Part shown: one piece after another, positions 17,809 through 27,869 of the stretch | Layout: each line of letters opens with the position of its first letter | How positions within the stretch are numbered: position 1 is the first letter of the stretch | Source of the DNA: Pseudomonadota bacterium | Lineage (GTDB): Bacteria; Pseudomonadota; Alphaproteobacteria; Sphingomonadales; Govanellaceae | Length of the DNA stretch: 64,000 bases | Assembly (NCBI GenBank): GCA_003577275.1 | Contig: QEVO01000007.1 | Coordinates: forward strand, 68,840-132,839 | Reading direction: 5' to 3' | Notes under the pieces: model-generated | What the model saw: the letters and a program-made list of their open reading frames with translations, nothing else | What the model was told of the DNA's origin: nothing | Databases searched by the model: none | Translations under genes and position numbers: made by a program

Positions 17809-19995
17809 ATGAGAGCCCGGCGTATGTCGCACGCTGCCCCCCTCTCCGCTCTGCTGCTTTTGGCCATTGCCGCCGATGCGGCGGCTGAGGAAAATCCTCT
17901 GCTCTTGGCCGCTGCGGAAGATAGCGTCCGTTGGATGGAGGAAGTGCTCGTTACCGCCCGCAAGCGCGCCGAACTGGCGCAAGACGTGCCGATTTCCCTA
18001 AGCGTGTTCAGCGGTGATGAGCTGCGGCAATCCGGCATCAATCGCGTCGGAGAACTTGCCCTGTTCGCGCCCGGTCTTTCCTTCGAGGAAACGTACGGCC
18101 GCCAGCTTGACCGGCCAGTGATGCGCGGCATGTCGACGATCCTGTCGGGTACGCAGATTGAGCAAAACATGGCCTTCTATATCGATGGCGTGTTTGTCGC
18201 CGGCGCCGTTTCGGCGACCACTCTGGATGACGTGGAGCGGGTTGAAGTGCTGCGCGGGCCGCAAAATGCACTGTTCGGCCGCACCGCGCTGTCGGGCGCC
18301 GTCAACTTCATCACCCACAAGCCGAGCAAGGAATTCGAGGGACGCATCAAGGCGACGATTGCCACCCACGACGAATACCGCGCGAACGTGATGCTGAGCG
18401 GCCCTTTGGTGGAGGAACGCCTGTTGTTTCGCCTCAATGCCGGTTATTATACCTACGGCGGCGAATACAAGAATACCGTCACCAACAAGACCATCGGCGG
18501 CGAGGAGACCAAGGCCGTCGCCACGCAGCTTCAATGGCAGATCAGCGAAAACCTATCCGCGACGGCCAAGGTGGCCTATAGCGAGGATGACGATGAGCAT
18601 CCGCCGATCCGACTGCAAGACAGCAGCTACAACAACTGCTTTCTTAACACCCCCGATCAATATTACTGCGGCAAGGTCAAGATTTTTGATGAGGTGGCGC
18701 TTAACACCGACGCCGTCGATGGCGGCGGCTTGCGACGCAAAACCTGGCGCACCAGCCTGATGATTGACTGGGACTTTGACAGCAGCCGGTTAACTTCCAT
18801 CACATCCTATAATGACGAGGAGCTTTGGGCCGGCATCGATCTCGACGGTACGGCCATCAACGCCATCAACGGCTTTTTCCAGACCGTCGATATCAACAAT
18901 TTTGAGGATTTCTCCCAGGAGGTCCGCCTGACTTCTCCTGCCGAGGCGCGGCTGCGCTGGATGGTGGGCGGATATTATTATGATTTCACCCAAGACGGCG
19001 AGAATATCAAGCCACAGCCCGGAGACAAGGCGACGGATAAAACTGAGAACTATGCTCTGTTCGGGCAGCTGCAGTTTGACTTGAGCGATGTGCTGACGGC
19101 AAACGCGGAAATGCGCGCGGCAAAGGACAAGAAATCGCTCATTCGCGCCGATGGCGTCGTCTTTCGGGAAAATTTCACGACTCTTAACCCGCGCTTGGCG
19201 CTGGAATATAAATACCGCCCGGAAATACTTCTTTACGCCACCATCGCCAAGGGCAGCAAGCCCGGCGGCTTTAATAGCAATGCCTCTTTGCCGCCCGAAC
19301 TCCGATCATTCGACGAGGAACGCGCCTGGAACTACGAAGCTGGGCTCAAGGGATCTTGGCCGGAGCGCCGCCTCAGCTACAGCTTGTCAGCCTTTTATAT
19401 TGACTGGACGAAGCAGCAATTGACCTCCAGCTTCGATAATCCCAACGGACGCCCGATCATCTACACCCAAAATGCCGGCGAGACCGAGGTTAGCGGCATT
19501 GAAGCAGAGCTTTCCGTCCAGCCCGTTGATGCCTTCTACCTGCGCGCCAATTACGCCCTGGTGAACGCCGAATTCGAGCGCTTCGATGTGGCCGAACAGG
19601 CAGCGCTGACCGGAGACCCTTCGGTGGCGGGCAACAAAACGCCGCGGGCGCCCAAACATATGGCTTCGCTATCCGGCACCTATTCCGTACCGCTGGGGGG
19701 CGACTGGCAGGGCTATGTGCACGGCGATCTGACCTATGAAAGCAAACGCTTTGCCCAAGTCCACAATCTAGCCCACAGCGGCGACAAAGTGATCGCCAGC
19801 CTGCATGGCGGCGTGGAAAGCGGCAACGTCGGCATCGATCTTTGGGTAAAGAATTTATTCAACGACAAATATGCGACATCGATCACGCGCTATCGCGATT
19901 TTGCCGGGTTCAACTCCTTCCAGGCGCCGCGGGCGTTCGTCATTACCCTACCCCGCGGTCGGCAATTCGGCGCTTCGGCAACTTATCGGTTTTAA
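17809..19995 (+). CDS. TonB-dependent receptor
   Basis: 728 aa with a signal peptide. Plug motifs EEVLVTARKRAELAQDVPISLSVF and RVEVLRGPQNALFGRTALSGAVNF. C-terminal ...GASATYRF. Confidence 0.9.
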   Translation: MRARRMSHAAPLSALLLLAIAADAAAEENPLLLAAAEDSVRWMEEVLVTARKRAELAQDVPISLSVFSGDELRQSGINRVGELALFAPGLSFEETYGRQLDRPVMRGMSTILSGTQIEQNMAFYIDGVFVAGAVSATTLDDVERVEVLRGPQNALFGRTALSGAVNFITHKPSKEFEGRIKATIATHDEYRANVMLSGPLVEERLLFRLNAGYYTYGGEYKNTVTNKTIGGEETKAVATQLQWQISENLSATAKVAYSEDDDEHPPIRLQDSSYNNCFLNTPDQYYCGKVKIFDEVALNTDAVDGGGLRRKTWRTSLMIDWDFDSSRLTSITSYNDEELWAGIDLDGTAINAINGFFQTVDINNFEDFSQEVRLTSPAEARLRWMVGGYYYDFTQDGENIKPQPGDKATDKTENYALFGQLQFDLSDVLTANAEMRAAKDKKSLIRADGVVFRENFTTLNPRLALEYKYRPEILLYATIAKGSKPGGFNSNASLPPELRSFDEERAWNYEAGLKGSWPERRLSYSLSAFYIDWTKQQLTSSFDNPNGRPIIYTQNAGETEVSGIEAELSVQPVDAFYLRANYALVNAEFERFDVAEQAALTGDPSVAGNKTPRAPKHMASLSGTYSVPLGGDWQGYVHGDLTYESKRFAQVHNLAHSGDKVIASLHGGVESGNVGIDLWVKNLFNDKYATSITRYRDFAGFNSFQAPRAFVITLPRGRQFGASATYRF

Positions 19996-22709
19996 GCCTG
20001 GATATGTAGCGCGGTATTCTTATCCCGCATCCGGCGGATGAGCTGTGAGCGTGTCGACACCGCCAGCTTGCGGTATAGATTTTTGCGGTGCCACAGCACC
20101 GTATTGATGGACATGCCGAGCGCCCTGGCGATTTCCTTGGAAGTGCAGCCGCTGGAAATCAGATCGACGATTTCGCGCTCCCGCTCGGTCATGACATGGG
20201 CCATCGACGGCGCGTCCTTGACTGTTGCGGCGCGGTGGTCATCCTCTGGCATGCCGAGCACGGCCGCCATCTGCTTTATGACCATGGCAGGCGCCGCGCC
20301 ATGGGCCATGATCGCGCTTTGAATGAGGTCCGCCTCATCGGCAAGACTTTGCAGCAGTCCGTGCTTTTTTGAAATCTCAGCCGCCCTTGCCGCCTCCTCA
20401 AGAGCCGCGGCAAAATCGCCGACGCCAAGCCGAGTGGCAGCTGTCAGCATATGGCGCGCCACCAAGTATTTCTTGCGTGCCGTTTGGCCGGTCGCCTTTT
20501 CCAAGGCTTGGCAATAAATCTGAGCCGTCTTGAAATTACGACGCTGAATCGAGTGCCTGGCCAACGCCATCAACGCCCGCACATAAAGCCGCGGATCGGC
20601 CGGCGTTCGCAGCGCCTCATCAGAAATCAGGGCCTGGATATCGGCGCGCTGCAGCAATGTCTCGGCTGCCGCGATATCTCCAGCGCGCAACAGCTCCCTG
20701 GCCGAGATGATGCCAATCAGGGTATGCAGCCGGTCCCGGCCAAGGGCGCTTCTGCCGGCATCTTTTTCTTCCAGGTAGCTCAGCGTTGACGCAAGATCGC
20801 CGCCACGGGCAGCGATTGAGGCCAGTGTCCCGTAAGCCGCCTCAAAAAGATCGAACCATCCCGAAAAGTGCTCCAGCACGGGCATGGCTTCTGATATGAG
20901 GGATGACGCCTGCGGCAAATTTCCCCGCTCATAGAGAACCTCTGCAAGAAGAATTTTGGCGGCAGCGATCTGGCCAGAGAAATTAATGGATCTGCCTTGC
21001 AAGAAACTGATGATCGACTGATAGTATCGCGCCGCGTCATCCAATCGGCCCAAGGCGAAACTGGAAAGTCCGAGATACATGGTAATATAGTTGCGTAAGT
21101 ATGCCGTCTCATCGAATTTAGCCAGCGGATGAACTTTCAAGCCAGCGTGCAATGATCGCTCATAATCACCCGCTGAGAAGGCGCTGAAGGAAAACAGTAT
21201 GCCAATGAGAATGCGCGTTTGATCGTCGATCATCGACAAGGATTCGAACTGATCCTCTACCGCCTGCACCTCTTCCACTGTGAAGGGGCGGTCTTCATAA
21301 ACGTTCATGACATATTCCATCAGGCAAACCTCCGCCCTGATATGCGGAATCATCGTCGGGGCGTCGGATCGCTGCAGGCTGTGGCGCAGGTTTTTACACA
21401 TCGCGGCGGCTGCCGATAGCTCGCCGCTTTGCATCATGGCATAGATTTGCCCTAGCCTTGTGCGAACGAACGGCTCGCACAGTGCTGAAGGTATTTCGGC
21501 TAATTGTGAGAAAATTACCCCCTCGCCGCGAACAGCAATGCGCCATCCTCCATGTTTCTCAATGATCTCCAGGGCAAGCGTCGGATTGCCGGCTTGCCGG
21601 GCGTGATATACCGCCTCCCGCAACGCCTGCTTTTCCGCAAACCACTGCGCGGATTTGCGATGAAGATCAACAATTATCTCCTGGCTGGATCTTGTTAAGC
21701 GGCCAAGCAGAAAATCCTTAAATAACCTGTGATAGCGGAACCACTGCCGATCGGCATCAATGGCGGAGATCAACAGATTACGCCGCTCCAGTTCTTCGAT
21801 GTTGCGCCACCCATCATCGCGACCGGTCAGGTAATTCATCAGATCGCCGGAAATTCTCTCCGGCACGGAGGATAGCAGCAGGAAATCCTGAAGCTCCCTC
21901 GGCGTATTAAGGAACACCTGTTCGCTCAAGTAATCCGCGCATTCGGCGCTGGTTCCCGTAAAACCGGCGGCAATGCCGCCGACGTTTCCGTTTGCCTGCC
22001 AGGTAAGCTGAAACAGGCGCAAGGCCGCTGGCCAGCCCTCCACTTTATTGATGATGGCTCCCAGATCATTATCGGATAAAGACCCGGCAAAGTATTCCGC
22101 AGCCTCATTGTGGCTGAACCGCAAATCTTTGGTGGAAAATTCCTGCAACTCGCCGCGCACGAAAAACCGTGATAGGGATAAGTTCGGACGCGTGCGGCTG
22201 GAAATGATGAACTTTAAGTTCCGGGGCGCAGATTTCAAGAAATAGTCAAAGAAATCATCAACTTTCTTGCAGCCGATCTCATGATAATCATCCAGGATCA
22301 GATGATAGTCCGAATTGTCTTTGATGATTGCGTCAAAAATCAAGCCGGTGAAATAGTAAATGGTTTTCCCAGAGACGTCACCGGTGTTCAGTTCGGAAAT
22401 TTCCGCAATCGGCAGACCTGCCTGGCGCAGGGATGCCGAAAGGTGGACCAGCAACTGTCGCGGATCCTTATCGAAGGGATCAAGGGTCAGCCATGCCGCC
22501 CTTCGCCCTTCCTCCTGTAAACGCTCGTAGGCTTGCGTCAAAAGCGTCGTTTTGCCGTAGCCGGCCGGCGCGCAAATGATACTGACGCGACACTTTCTCT
22601 CCGCGGTTAATTTGTCCAGGAGATGCGCCCGCGCCACCGCGCGTTCCGACATCGATGGCGGCGTCAATTTGCTTTGCAACAGCCAGCTGGTGGGCTTGCG
22701 GCTGCTCAC
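19992..22709 (-). CDS. LAL/MalT-type large ATP-binding LuxR-family transcriptional regulator
   Basis: 905 aa. Walker A (IICAPAGYGKTTLL), a long helical/TPR-like middle region, and a C-terminal LuxR HTH (REREIVDLISSGCTSKEIARALGMSINTVLWHRKNLYRKLAVSTRSQLI). Its stop overlaps the convergent TBDR stop. Confidence 0.9.
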   Translation of the reverse strand: MSSRKPTSWLLQSKLTPPSMSERAVARAHLLDKLTAERKCRVSIICAPAGYGKTTLLTQAYERLQEEGRRAAWLTLDPFDKDPRQLLVHLSASLRQAGLPIAEISELNTGDVSGKTIYYFTGLIFDAIIKDNSDYHLILDDYHEIGCKKVDDFFDYFLKSAPRNLKFIISSRTRPNLSLSRFFVRGELQEFSTKDLRFSHNEAAEYFAGSLSDNDLGAIINKVEGWPAALRLFQLTWQANGNVGGIAAGFTGTSAECADYLSEQVFLNTPRELQDFLLLSSVPERISGDLMNYLTGRDDGWRNIEELERRNLLISAIDADRQWFRYHRLFKDFLLGRLTRSSQEIIVDLHRKSAQWFAEKQALREAVYHARQAGNPTLALEIIEKHGGWRIAVRGEGVIFSQLAEIPSALCEPFVRTRLGQIYAMMQSGELSAAAAMCKNLRHSLQRSDAPTMIPHIRAEVCLMEYVMNVYEDRPFTVEEVQAVEDQFESLSMIDDQTRILIGILFSFSAFSAGDYERSLHAGLKVHPLAKFDETAYLRNYITMYLGLSSFALGRLDDAARYYQSIISFLQGRSINFSGQIAAAKILLAEVLYERGNLPQASSLISEAMPVLEHFSGWFDLFEAAYGTLASIAARGGDLASTLSYLEEKDAGRSALGRDRLHTLIGIISARELLRAGDIAAAETLLQRADIQALISDEALRTPADPRLYVRALMALARHSIQRRNFKTAQIYCQALEKATGQTARKKYLVARHMLTAATRLGVGDFAAALEEAARAAEISKKHGLLQSLADEADLIQSAIMAHGAAPAMVIKQMAAVLGMPEDDHRAATVKDAPSMAHVMTEREREIVDLISSGCTSKEIARALGMSINTVLWHRKNLYRKLAVSTRSQLIRRMRDKNTALHIQA

Positions 22710-22964
22710 GTCCCTCTCATCCCTCTAATCTGCGTACCGTGCGTTTTCTTTCCTATATACCACTGGTGCCGGCCTTAGCTCCAGCCCGTATATTGCCGGC
22801 CCTACTCATAACCCACCTGTTTTAGGTGGGGTGGGAAAGGCCCTATTACCGCCGGCTACATGAAAAAGTGGTTTGAGCTGTAGGCAGGCATTTGGCAGGC
22901 TCGACGACCATAAAATAATTCTACGCACAGACTAATCATAACCTTAAGGGAAGGGAGAGCGCGG

Positions 22965-25163
22965 ATGACGTCCGACCGCCATATTATTATTACCTATGCC
23001 TATCGTCCGATGATGCTGGCCTTGCTGACGGCAGCCCCGGTAGCTGCGGCAACGCCCGCCTTGGCCTCGGCGGATGCCGCGGCCGACCCGGCAGTGGGAA
23101 AACTCACAATCGAAGAGGTGATCGTCACCTCGCGCAAAAAAGAGGAGAACCTGCAGAAAACCCCGATCGCGGTCACCGCCCTGACCACCGCCGGTCTGGA
23201 AAATCGCACCATCGCCAATATCACCGATATCGCCAATTTCGTGCCCAACGTGCAGTTCCAGGCCGGACCCGCCGGCGGTTCGGGAGCCAATTTCTTCATT
23301 CGCGGCATCGGCGTCGCCGACTGGATTGCGGCGCTGGAACCGGGCGTCGGCAGCTACATTGACGGCGTCTATCTTGGCCGCACCACCGGCGGCGCTTTCG
23401 ACCTCCTAGACATCGAACGCATCGAGGTGCTGCGCGGCCCGCAAGGGACGTTGTTTGGCCGCAATACCATCGGCGGCGCGGTCAGCGTGATTACGGCAAA
23501 GCCTACGGATGCGCTGGAAGGCGAGATCCAGGGCGTGGCCGGCAGTCGGGAAAAATGGGGAGCCAAGGGCTGGATCAACCTGCCGATGGTGGAGGAGAAA
23601 CTTGCCGCCCGTCTCTTCTTCCGCGCTGAAACCCAGGATGGCTACGGCAAACGACTGTTCGATGACACCACCGCCGGCGATAAGGAAATCTGGTCGGCGC
23701 GCGCCGCTGTGCGCTGGCACGCCAGCGAGGATGTCATTATCGACCTGTCGGGCGACTACTGGAAGCGCGACGGCGGCGCGGATTTTACGCATACCTTGGC
23801 GCTCAATCAGCTGTTTTTCCCTGATACGTCGCAGTATGTGACCAGCGATCGCTACGCCACCTGGTCCGGTCTGCAGGGCGGCAATGACACCGAAATTTGG
23901 GGCATCGGCGCTACCGCCGAATGGCGCGCCGCCGATAATCTGACGCTGAAATCCATTACCGCCTACCGCAAATTGGATCAAAGCACCGGCGTTGATTTTG
24001 ACGGCACGCCCATCGCCCATGTGGACCAATTGGCGATCACCGATCAGCATCAGTTCAGTCAGGAATTCCAGATCAGCGGCGAGAATTTCGACAGCCGCTT
24101 GAACTGGCTTCTCGGCCTTTACTATTTCGAGGAAAAGATTGACCAGTTCATTCCCTTAACCTCTGTCGCCTTCTTTGGCGGCGGCACGCTGCATCAGGAT
24201 AACTACCACGATAATAAAAACGCCGCCGTGTTTGCTCATGCCACCTATGCGCTTACGGACCAACTGAACATGAGCGCCGGACTGCGCTACAGCTATGAAA
24301 AGAAACAGCAGACATTCGATCACTACTTGGATGTAGGCATCATCGTGCCGATTCTTGACAATGAATTTATTGAGGATAGCTGGAAGAAATTGACACCCAA
24401 GGTAGGGCTGGAATATCAGGCAACGGATGACGTGCTACTCTACGTTTCCTATTCGTCCGGCTTCCGCAGCGGTGGTTTTAATGGCCGCCCCATCAATACG
24501 GCATCCATCAGCAGCTATGATCCGGAAATAGCCAATGTGTACGAGGCCGGCGTCAAGTCGCAGCTTTTTGATAACCGTGTGCAGCTGAATTTGGCGGCGT
24601 TCTACAACGACTATAAGGATCTGCAATTGACCTTACCGGAAATGACGCCGTCTGGCCCGGCCATCATTGCGCAAAACGCCGCCAAGGCGCGTATTTACGG
24701 CTTCGAGGCGGAAGGCATGATGCGTCTAACCGAATCGCTCGATATCAACTTCGGCGCCGGTTACCTCAACGCAAAGTACAAGGAAGTGGACCCCAGCGCC
24801 GAATTTACCGTGGATGACCCGCTGATCACCACGCCAAAATGGTCGTTTAACGCCGGCATCCAATACGCCATGCCCCTCAGCAATCTAGGCACGCTGACCA
24901 TGCGGGCGGATTATGCGTATCGCAGCAGCTTCTATTTCTTCAGCATCGGCCCCAACGCGCGCCAAAAAGCGTACGATATCGTCAACCTGAAGGCCAGCTT
25001 CGAACCTGATAATAGCAAGTGGAAGATCGCCGCCTATGGTTTGAATGTATTTGACGAAACCTATGCGCTCTTTGCCCAGGATGCCCTGTCGACCTATGGC
25101 TTGGCGCATGAATGGGTAGCACCGCCCGCCGAGTGGGGCGTCGAGCTGACGTTCAGATTTTAA
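22965..25163 (+). CDS. TonB-dependent receptor (cassette A)
   Basis: 732 aa with a signal peptide. EEVIVTSRKKEENLQKTPIAVTAL and RIEVLRGPQGTLFGRNTIGGAVSV. C-terminal ...WGVELTFRF. Confidence 0.9.
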   Translation: MTSDRHIIITYAYRPMMLALLTAAPVAAATPALASADAAADPAVGKLTIEEVIVTSRKKEENLQKTPIAVTALTTAGLENRTIANITDIANFVPNVQFQAGPAGGSGANFFIRGIGVADWIAALEPGVGSYIDGVYLGRTTGGAFDLLDIERIEVLRGPQGTLFGRNTIGGAVSVITAKPTDALEGEIQGVAGSREKWGAKGWINLPMVEEKLAARLFFRAETQDGYGKRLFDDTTAGDKEIWSARAAVRWHASEDVIIDLSGDYWKRDGGADFTHTLALNQLFFPDTSQYVTSDRYATWSGLQGGNDTEIWGIGATAEWRAADNLTLKSITAYRKLDQSTGVDFDGTPIAHVDQLAITDQHQFSQEFQISGENFDSRLNWLLGLYYFEEKIDQFIPLTSVAFFGGGTLHQDNYHDNKNAAVFAHATYALTDQLNMSAGLRYSYEKKQQTFDHYLDVGIIVPILDNEFIEDSWKKLTPKVGLEYQATDDVLLYVSYSSGFRSGGFNGRPINTASISSYDPEIANVYEAGVKSQLFDNRVQLNLAAFYNDYKDLQLTLPEMTPSGPAIIAQNAAKARIYGFEAEGMMRLTESLDINFGAGYLNAKYKEVDPSAEFTVDDPLITTPKWSFNAGIQYAMPLSNLGTLTMRADYAYRSSFYFFSIGPNARQKAYDIVNLKASFEPDNSKWKIAAYGLNVFDETYALFAQDALSTYGLAHEWVAPPAEWGVELTFRF

Positions 25164-25175
25164 TCTGTGACTTGA

Positions 25176-25219
25176 AGCCCAGGCGGGCAGCGCAATCCCT
25201 GCTCGCATGGGCTATTTTT
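25176..25219 (+). terminator. Imperfect hairpin plus T-tract after the TBDR gene (possible attenuating terminator)
   Basis: AGCCCAGGCGGGCAG-N8-CTGCTCGCATGGGCT has 2 mismatches in the stem and is followed by ATTTTTGG. It lies 13 nt after the TBDR stop and before the Rieske gene SD. Confidence 0.4.
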
Positions 25220-25247
25220 GGACTTCTATATAGCCAGGAGAACTGCG

Positions 25248-26270
25248 ATGACGATGGCAAAGATGCGCTCGGCAAAAATAACCTCTAAGGGCCCTCACTT
25301 AGGCGATCCCATCCCGGCGGAGGGTGAGAACGGCCTTTTTTCGCAAAGCTGGTTTCCGATCTGCCGTTCCTATGACATCAGACCCGGCGAAGTCAAAGGC
25401 TTCGATTTCCTCGACGGTCGGGTGATCGTGTTTCGCGGTGAAAACGGCGTCGCATCGGTCAAAAGCGCCTACTGCCCCCATGTCGGCGCGGATTTGTCGG
25501 TGGGCAAGGTAGTGGGCAACAACATTCGCTGCGCCTTCCATCACTGGGACTATGACCAATCAGGCAAATGCGTGAAAACTGGTATCGGCGATCCGCCGCC
25601 ACCCACCGCCTGCCTGTTCAACTTTCCCACGTTGGAGCGGTTCGGCGTCATCTGGGCCTTCAACGGCGAGGAGCCGCTGTTTGAACTGCCCAGCTTCCGT
25701 CATCCGGATAACGAACTGGAAATCGGCGTCATTGCCGGCGATACCTATAATTGCGATGGCTGGGTGTTCGCCTGCAACACGCCGGATATGCAGCATTTGA
25801 AGGTGGTTCATAAAATCATGCCGCACCACGCTGATCCGCACAAAGATGTGGAATGGGATCCATGGGGCTTCCATTACAATGTCGCCGCCGCTCACGGCCA
25901 GGGGCCGGAAATCGGCTGGCGGCTGGCCATCCGTGGCACCAGCATTTTCCATCAGCAGGGCATGATTGATGACTGGTGGTTCGGCGTTATTGCGGGATTT
26001 TCCTGCCCACGGCCCGGCAAGCATCAGATCTTTCTGGCCTGCGCCACCCATCGCGGCTCCGGCTCCGTCGCCGATGTTGCCTTGGCCAAGGAACGGCTGG
26101 AACGCGGCATGATCATCATTCGGCGCACGGCGGATGAAGACCGCGATATTCTCAATACTATTCATTATCGTCCCGGCACGCTGACCAAGGGTGATACCAC
26201 CTTGGCGAAGTATCTGGACTTCTTGCGAGGATATCCGCGCGCCCATCCCAGCGCCCGGTTCATCGTGTAG
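25248..26270 (+). CDS. Rieske [2Fe-2S] non-heme-iron oxygenase, alpha-only type (cassette A)
   Basis: Rieske motif CPHVGADLS...CAFHHWDY and mononuclear iron motif DMQHLKVVH (D-x2-H-x4-H). I place the start at ATG 25248 (MTMAKMRS...), which has an AGGAG SD 8 nt upstream. The track's 25218 TTG start lies inside the upstream T-tract. Confidence 0.85.
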   Translation: MTMAKMRSAKITSKGPHLGDPIPAEGENGLFSQSWFPICRSYDIRPGEVKGFDFLDGRVIVFRGENGVASVKSAYCPHVGADLSVGKVVGNNIRCAFHHWDYDQSGKCVKTGIGDPPPPTACLFNFPTLERFGVIWAFNGEEPLFELPSFRHPDNELEIGVIAGDTYNCDGWVFACNTPDMQHLKVVHKIMPHHADPHKDVEWDPWGFHYNVAAAHGQGPEIGWRLAIRGTSIFHQQGMIDDWWFGVIAGFSCPRPGKHQIFLACATHRGSGSVADVALAKERLERGMIIIRRTADEDRDILNTIHYRPGTLTKGDTTLAKYLDFLRGYPRAHPSARFIV

Positions 26271-26289
26271 GAACAAGAGGAATATAGTA

Positions 26290-26682
26290 ATGGCCATCAA
26301 AGGAAGCGCCTATCATATTCGCGCTCTGGAGCATCAATTCCACTACTCTCAGGCCGTCAAAAGCAATGGTCGGCTTTATATCTCCGGGACCGTCAGCTGG
26401 GACATGGAGAGCAATCCCCTCCATGCCGGAGACATGCGCGGTCAAGTCAGCGCCGCTTACCAAGAACTGGAGAAAACCTTGCTGGAAAATGGCGCCGATT
26501 TTTCCAACGTCGTCAAGGAAACGGTTTACACCACCAATATAGAGGCCTTGGCCGAGGCCAATGATATCCGCATGAAGTTCTATGAAGGCGTTGACCCTCC
26601 GGCGGCGACATGGGTGGAGGTACGCCGGCTCTTGCACCCGGATTTCCTGGTTGAAATTGAACTCATCGTCGAGCTTGCATAG
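26290..26682 (+). CDS. RidA/YjgF/TdcF-family enamine/imine deaminase (cassette A)
   Basis: 130 aa from ATG 26290 (MAIKGSAY...), with an AAGAGGA SD upstream. YSQAVKSNGRLYISGTVSW, ETVYTTNIE and a C-terminal VEIELIVEL are typical of the RidA family. Confidence 0.85.
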   Translation: MAIKGSAYHIRALEHQFHYSQAVKSNGRLYISGTVSWDMESNPLHAGDMRGQVSAAYQELEKTLLENGADFSNVVKETVYTTNIEALAEANDIRMKFYEGVDPPAATWVEVRRLLHPDFLVEIELIVELA

Positions 26683-26862
26683 AATTGAAAAATGCGCTCG
26701 AATATGGGTCGTCTGATTGGAGCGGGAATCATCAGCGCCAACGCTGACAGGATGATGTTAGGATGATTCTTTACTGATGTTAATGACGCGGCCGATTCTT
26801 TACCGTTGGTAAAGCTTATTTCTCGACATGTCTGGATCGAGTTCGTCTGTCATTGAAGTGGA

Positions 26863-27858
26863 GTGCGGCACGTGACACCGACAAAATCACAGCAGCATTG
26901 GATGTATTCCCGGATGGTATTGAGCCGCGGGTATGAGGAGCGGCTGGCGGCGGCGTATATGGAGGGCAAGACGCCGCTGTTCAATATGGCCAACGGGCCG
27001 CTGCCGGGAGAGATGCATTTGTCGAACGGGCAGGAGCCCTGCGCGGTGGGGGTATGCGCGCATCTGGGGGCGGACGATGTGATCACCGCCACGCACCGGC
27101 CGCATCACATCGCCATCGCCAAGGGCGTCGACTTGCAGGCGATGACGGCGGAGATTTTCGGCAAGAAGGCCGGGTTGTCGGGCGGTCGCGGCGGCCATAT
27201 GCACATCTTTGACCCAAAGGTGAACTTCGCCTGTTCGGGGATCATCGCTCAGGGCATGGGGCCGGCGGCAGGCGCGGCCCTGGCGCGCAAACTGCGCGGC
27301 GAGCCGGGGGTGGCGGTGGCGTTCATCGGCGAAGGCGCCGCCAACCAGGGGGCGTTTCACGAGGTGATGAACATCGCGGCGCTGTGGAAGCTGCCGTTTG
27401 TGTGCGTGATCGAGGACAACGCCTGGGGCGTGTCGGTGGCGAAGAGCCAATCCACCGCGGTGGCCCGCAACGACGTGCGCGCCGCGGCCTACGGCATCCC
27501 CGGCGTCTATGTGCCGGGCAATGACCCTTACGCCATCTATGCGGCCGCCGGCGAGGCGATCGCGCGGGCCAGGGCGGGCGGTGGTCCGACGTTGATCGAG
27601 ATTGAGACCTGGCGGCTGGCGGGCCACTTCATGGGCGACGTGGAAGGCTATCGTCCGGCCGGGGAAAAGGAGGCGCTTTTTGCCCGCGACCCCATCCCCG
27701 CCATGCGTCAGCGGATGATCGCGGAAAAAACCGCGACGGCGGAGGACGTAGTGGCGCTGGAGGCGGAGGCCAAGGCCACTTTGGACGAGGTGTTCAATTT
27801 TGCCCGCGCCGCGGCGGAGCCGCAGCCCGAGGAAGCGTTGGAAAAGGTATTCGTATAA
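26863..27858 (+). CDS. TPP-dependent 2-oxoacid/acetoin dehydrogenase E1 component, alpha subunit (cassette A)
   Basis: 331 aa. E1-alpha motifs GEMHLSNGQEPCAVG, GGRGGHMHIF and IGEGAANQGAFHEVMNIAALWKLPFVCVIEDNAWG (the TPP-binding GDG-like region). GTG 26872 is an alternative start; it fits the GGAG SD and the paralog N-terminus better. Confidence 0.9.
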   Translation: MRHVTPTKSQQHWMYSRMVLSRGYEERLAAAYMEGKTPLFNMANGPLPGEMHLSNGQEPCAVGVCAHLGADDVITATHRPHHIAIAKGVDLQAMTAEIFGKKAGLSGGRGGHMHIFDPKVNFACSGIIAQGMGPAAGAALARKLRGEPGVAVAFIGEGAANQGAFHEVMNIAALWKLPFVCVIEDNAWGVSVAKSQSTAVARNDVRAAAYGIPGVYVPGNDPYAIYAAAGEAIARARAGGGPTLIEIETWRLAGHFMGDVEGYRPAGEKEALFARDPIPAMRQRMIAEKTATAEDVVALEAEAKATLDEVFNFARAAAEPQPEEALEKVFV

Positions 27859-27869
27859 AGGATAGAGCC

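Noticed and set aside
22812-22831. Possible shared LAL operator: CCCACCTGTTTTAGGTGGGG (22812..22831), which partially resembles CCCACCCGGTAAAAACAGG at 29210..29228
   Set aside because: There are only two instances. The second is not a clean inverted repeat and needs a gap to align. It is too weak to call a regulatory motif without a genome-wide scan or binding data.
25218-25247. TTG start at 25218 for the cassette A Rieske oxygenase
   Set aside because: It lies within the T-tract of the upstream hairpin. The ATG at 25248 has an AGGAG SD and matches the paralog's N-terminal length.
26191-26289. 33-codon N-terminal extension of the RidA gene
   Set aside because: It overlaps the end of the Rieske gene. 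The ATG at 26290 has an AAGAGGA SD and yields a RidA of normal length (130 aa).
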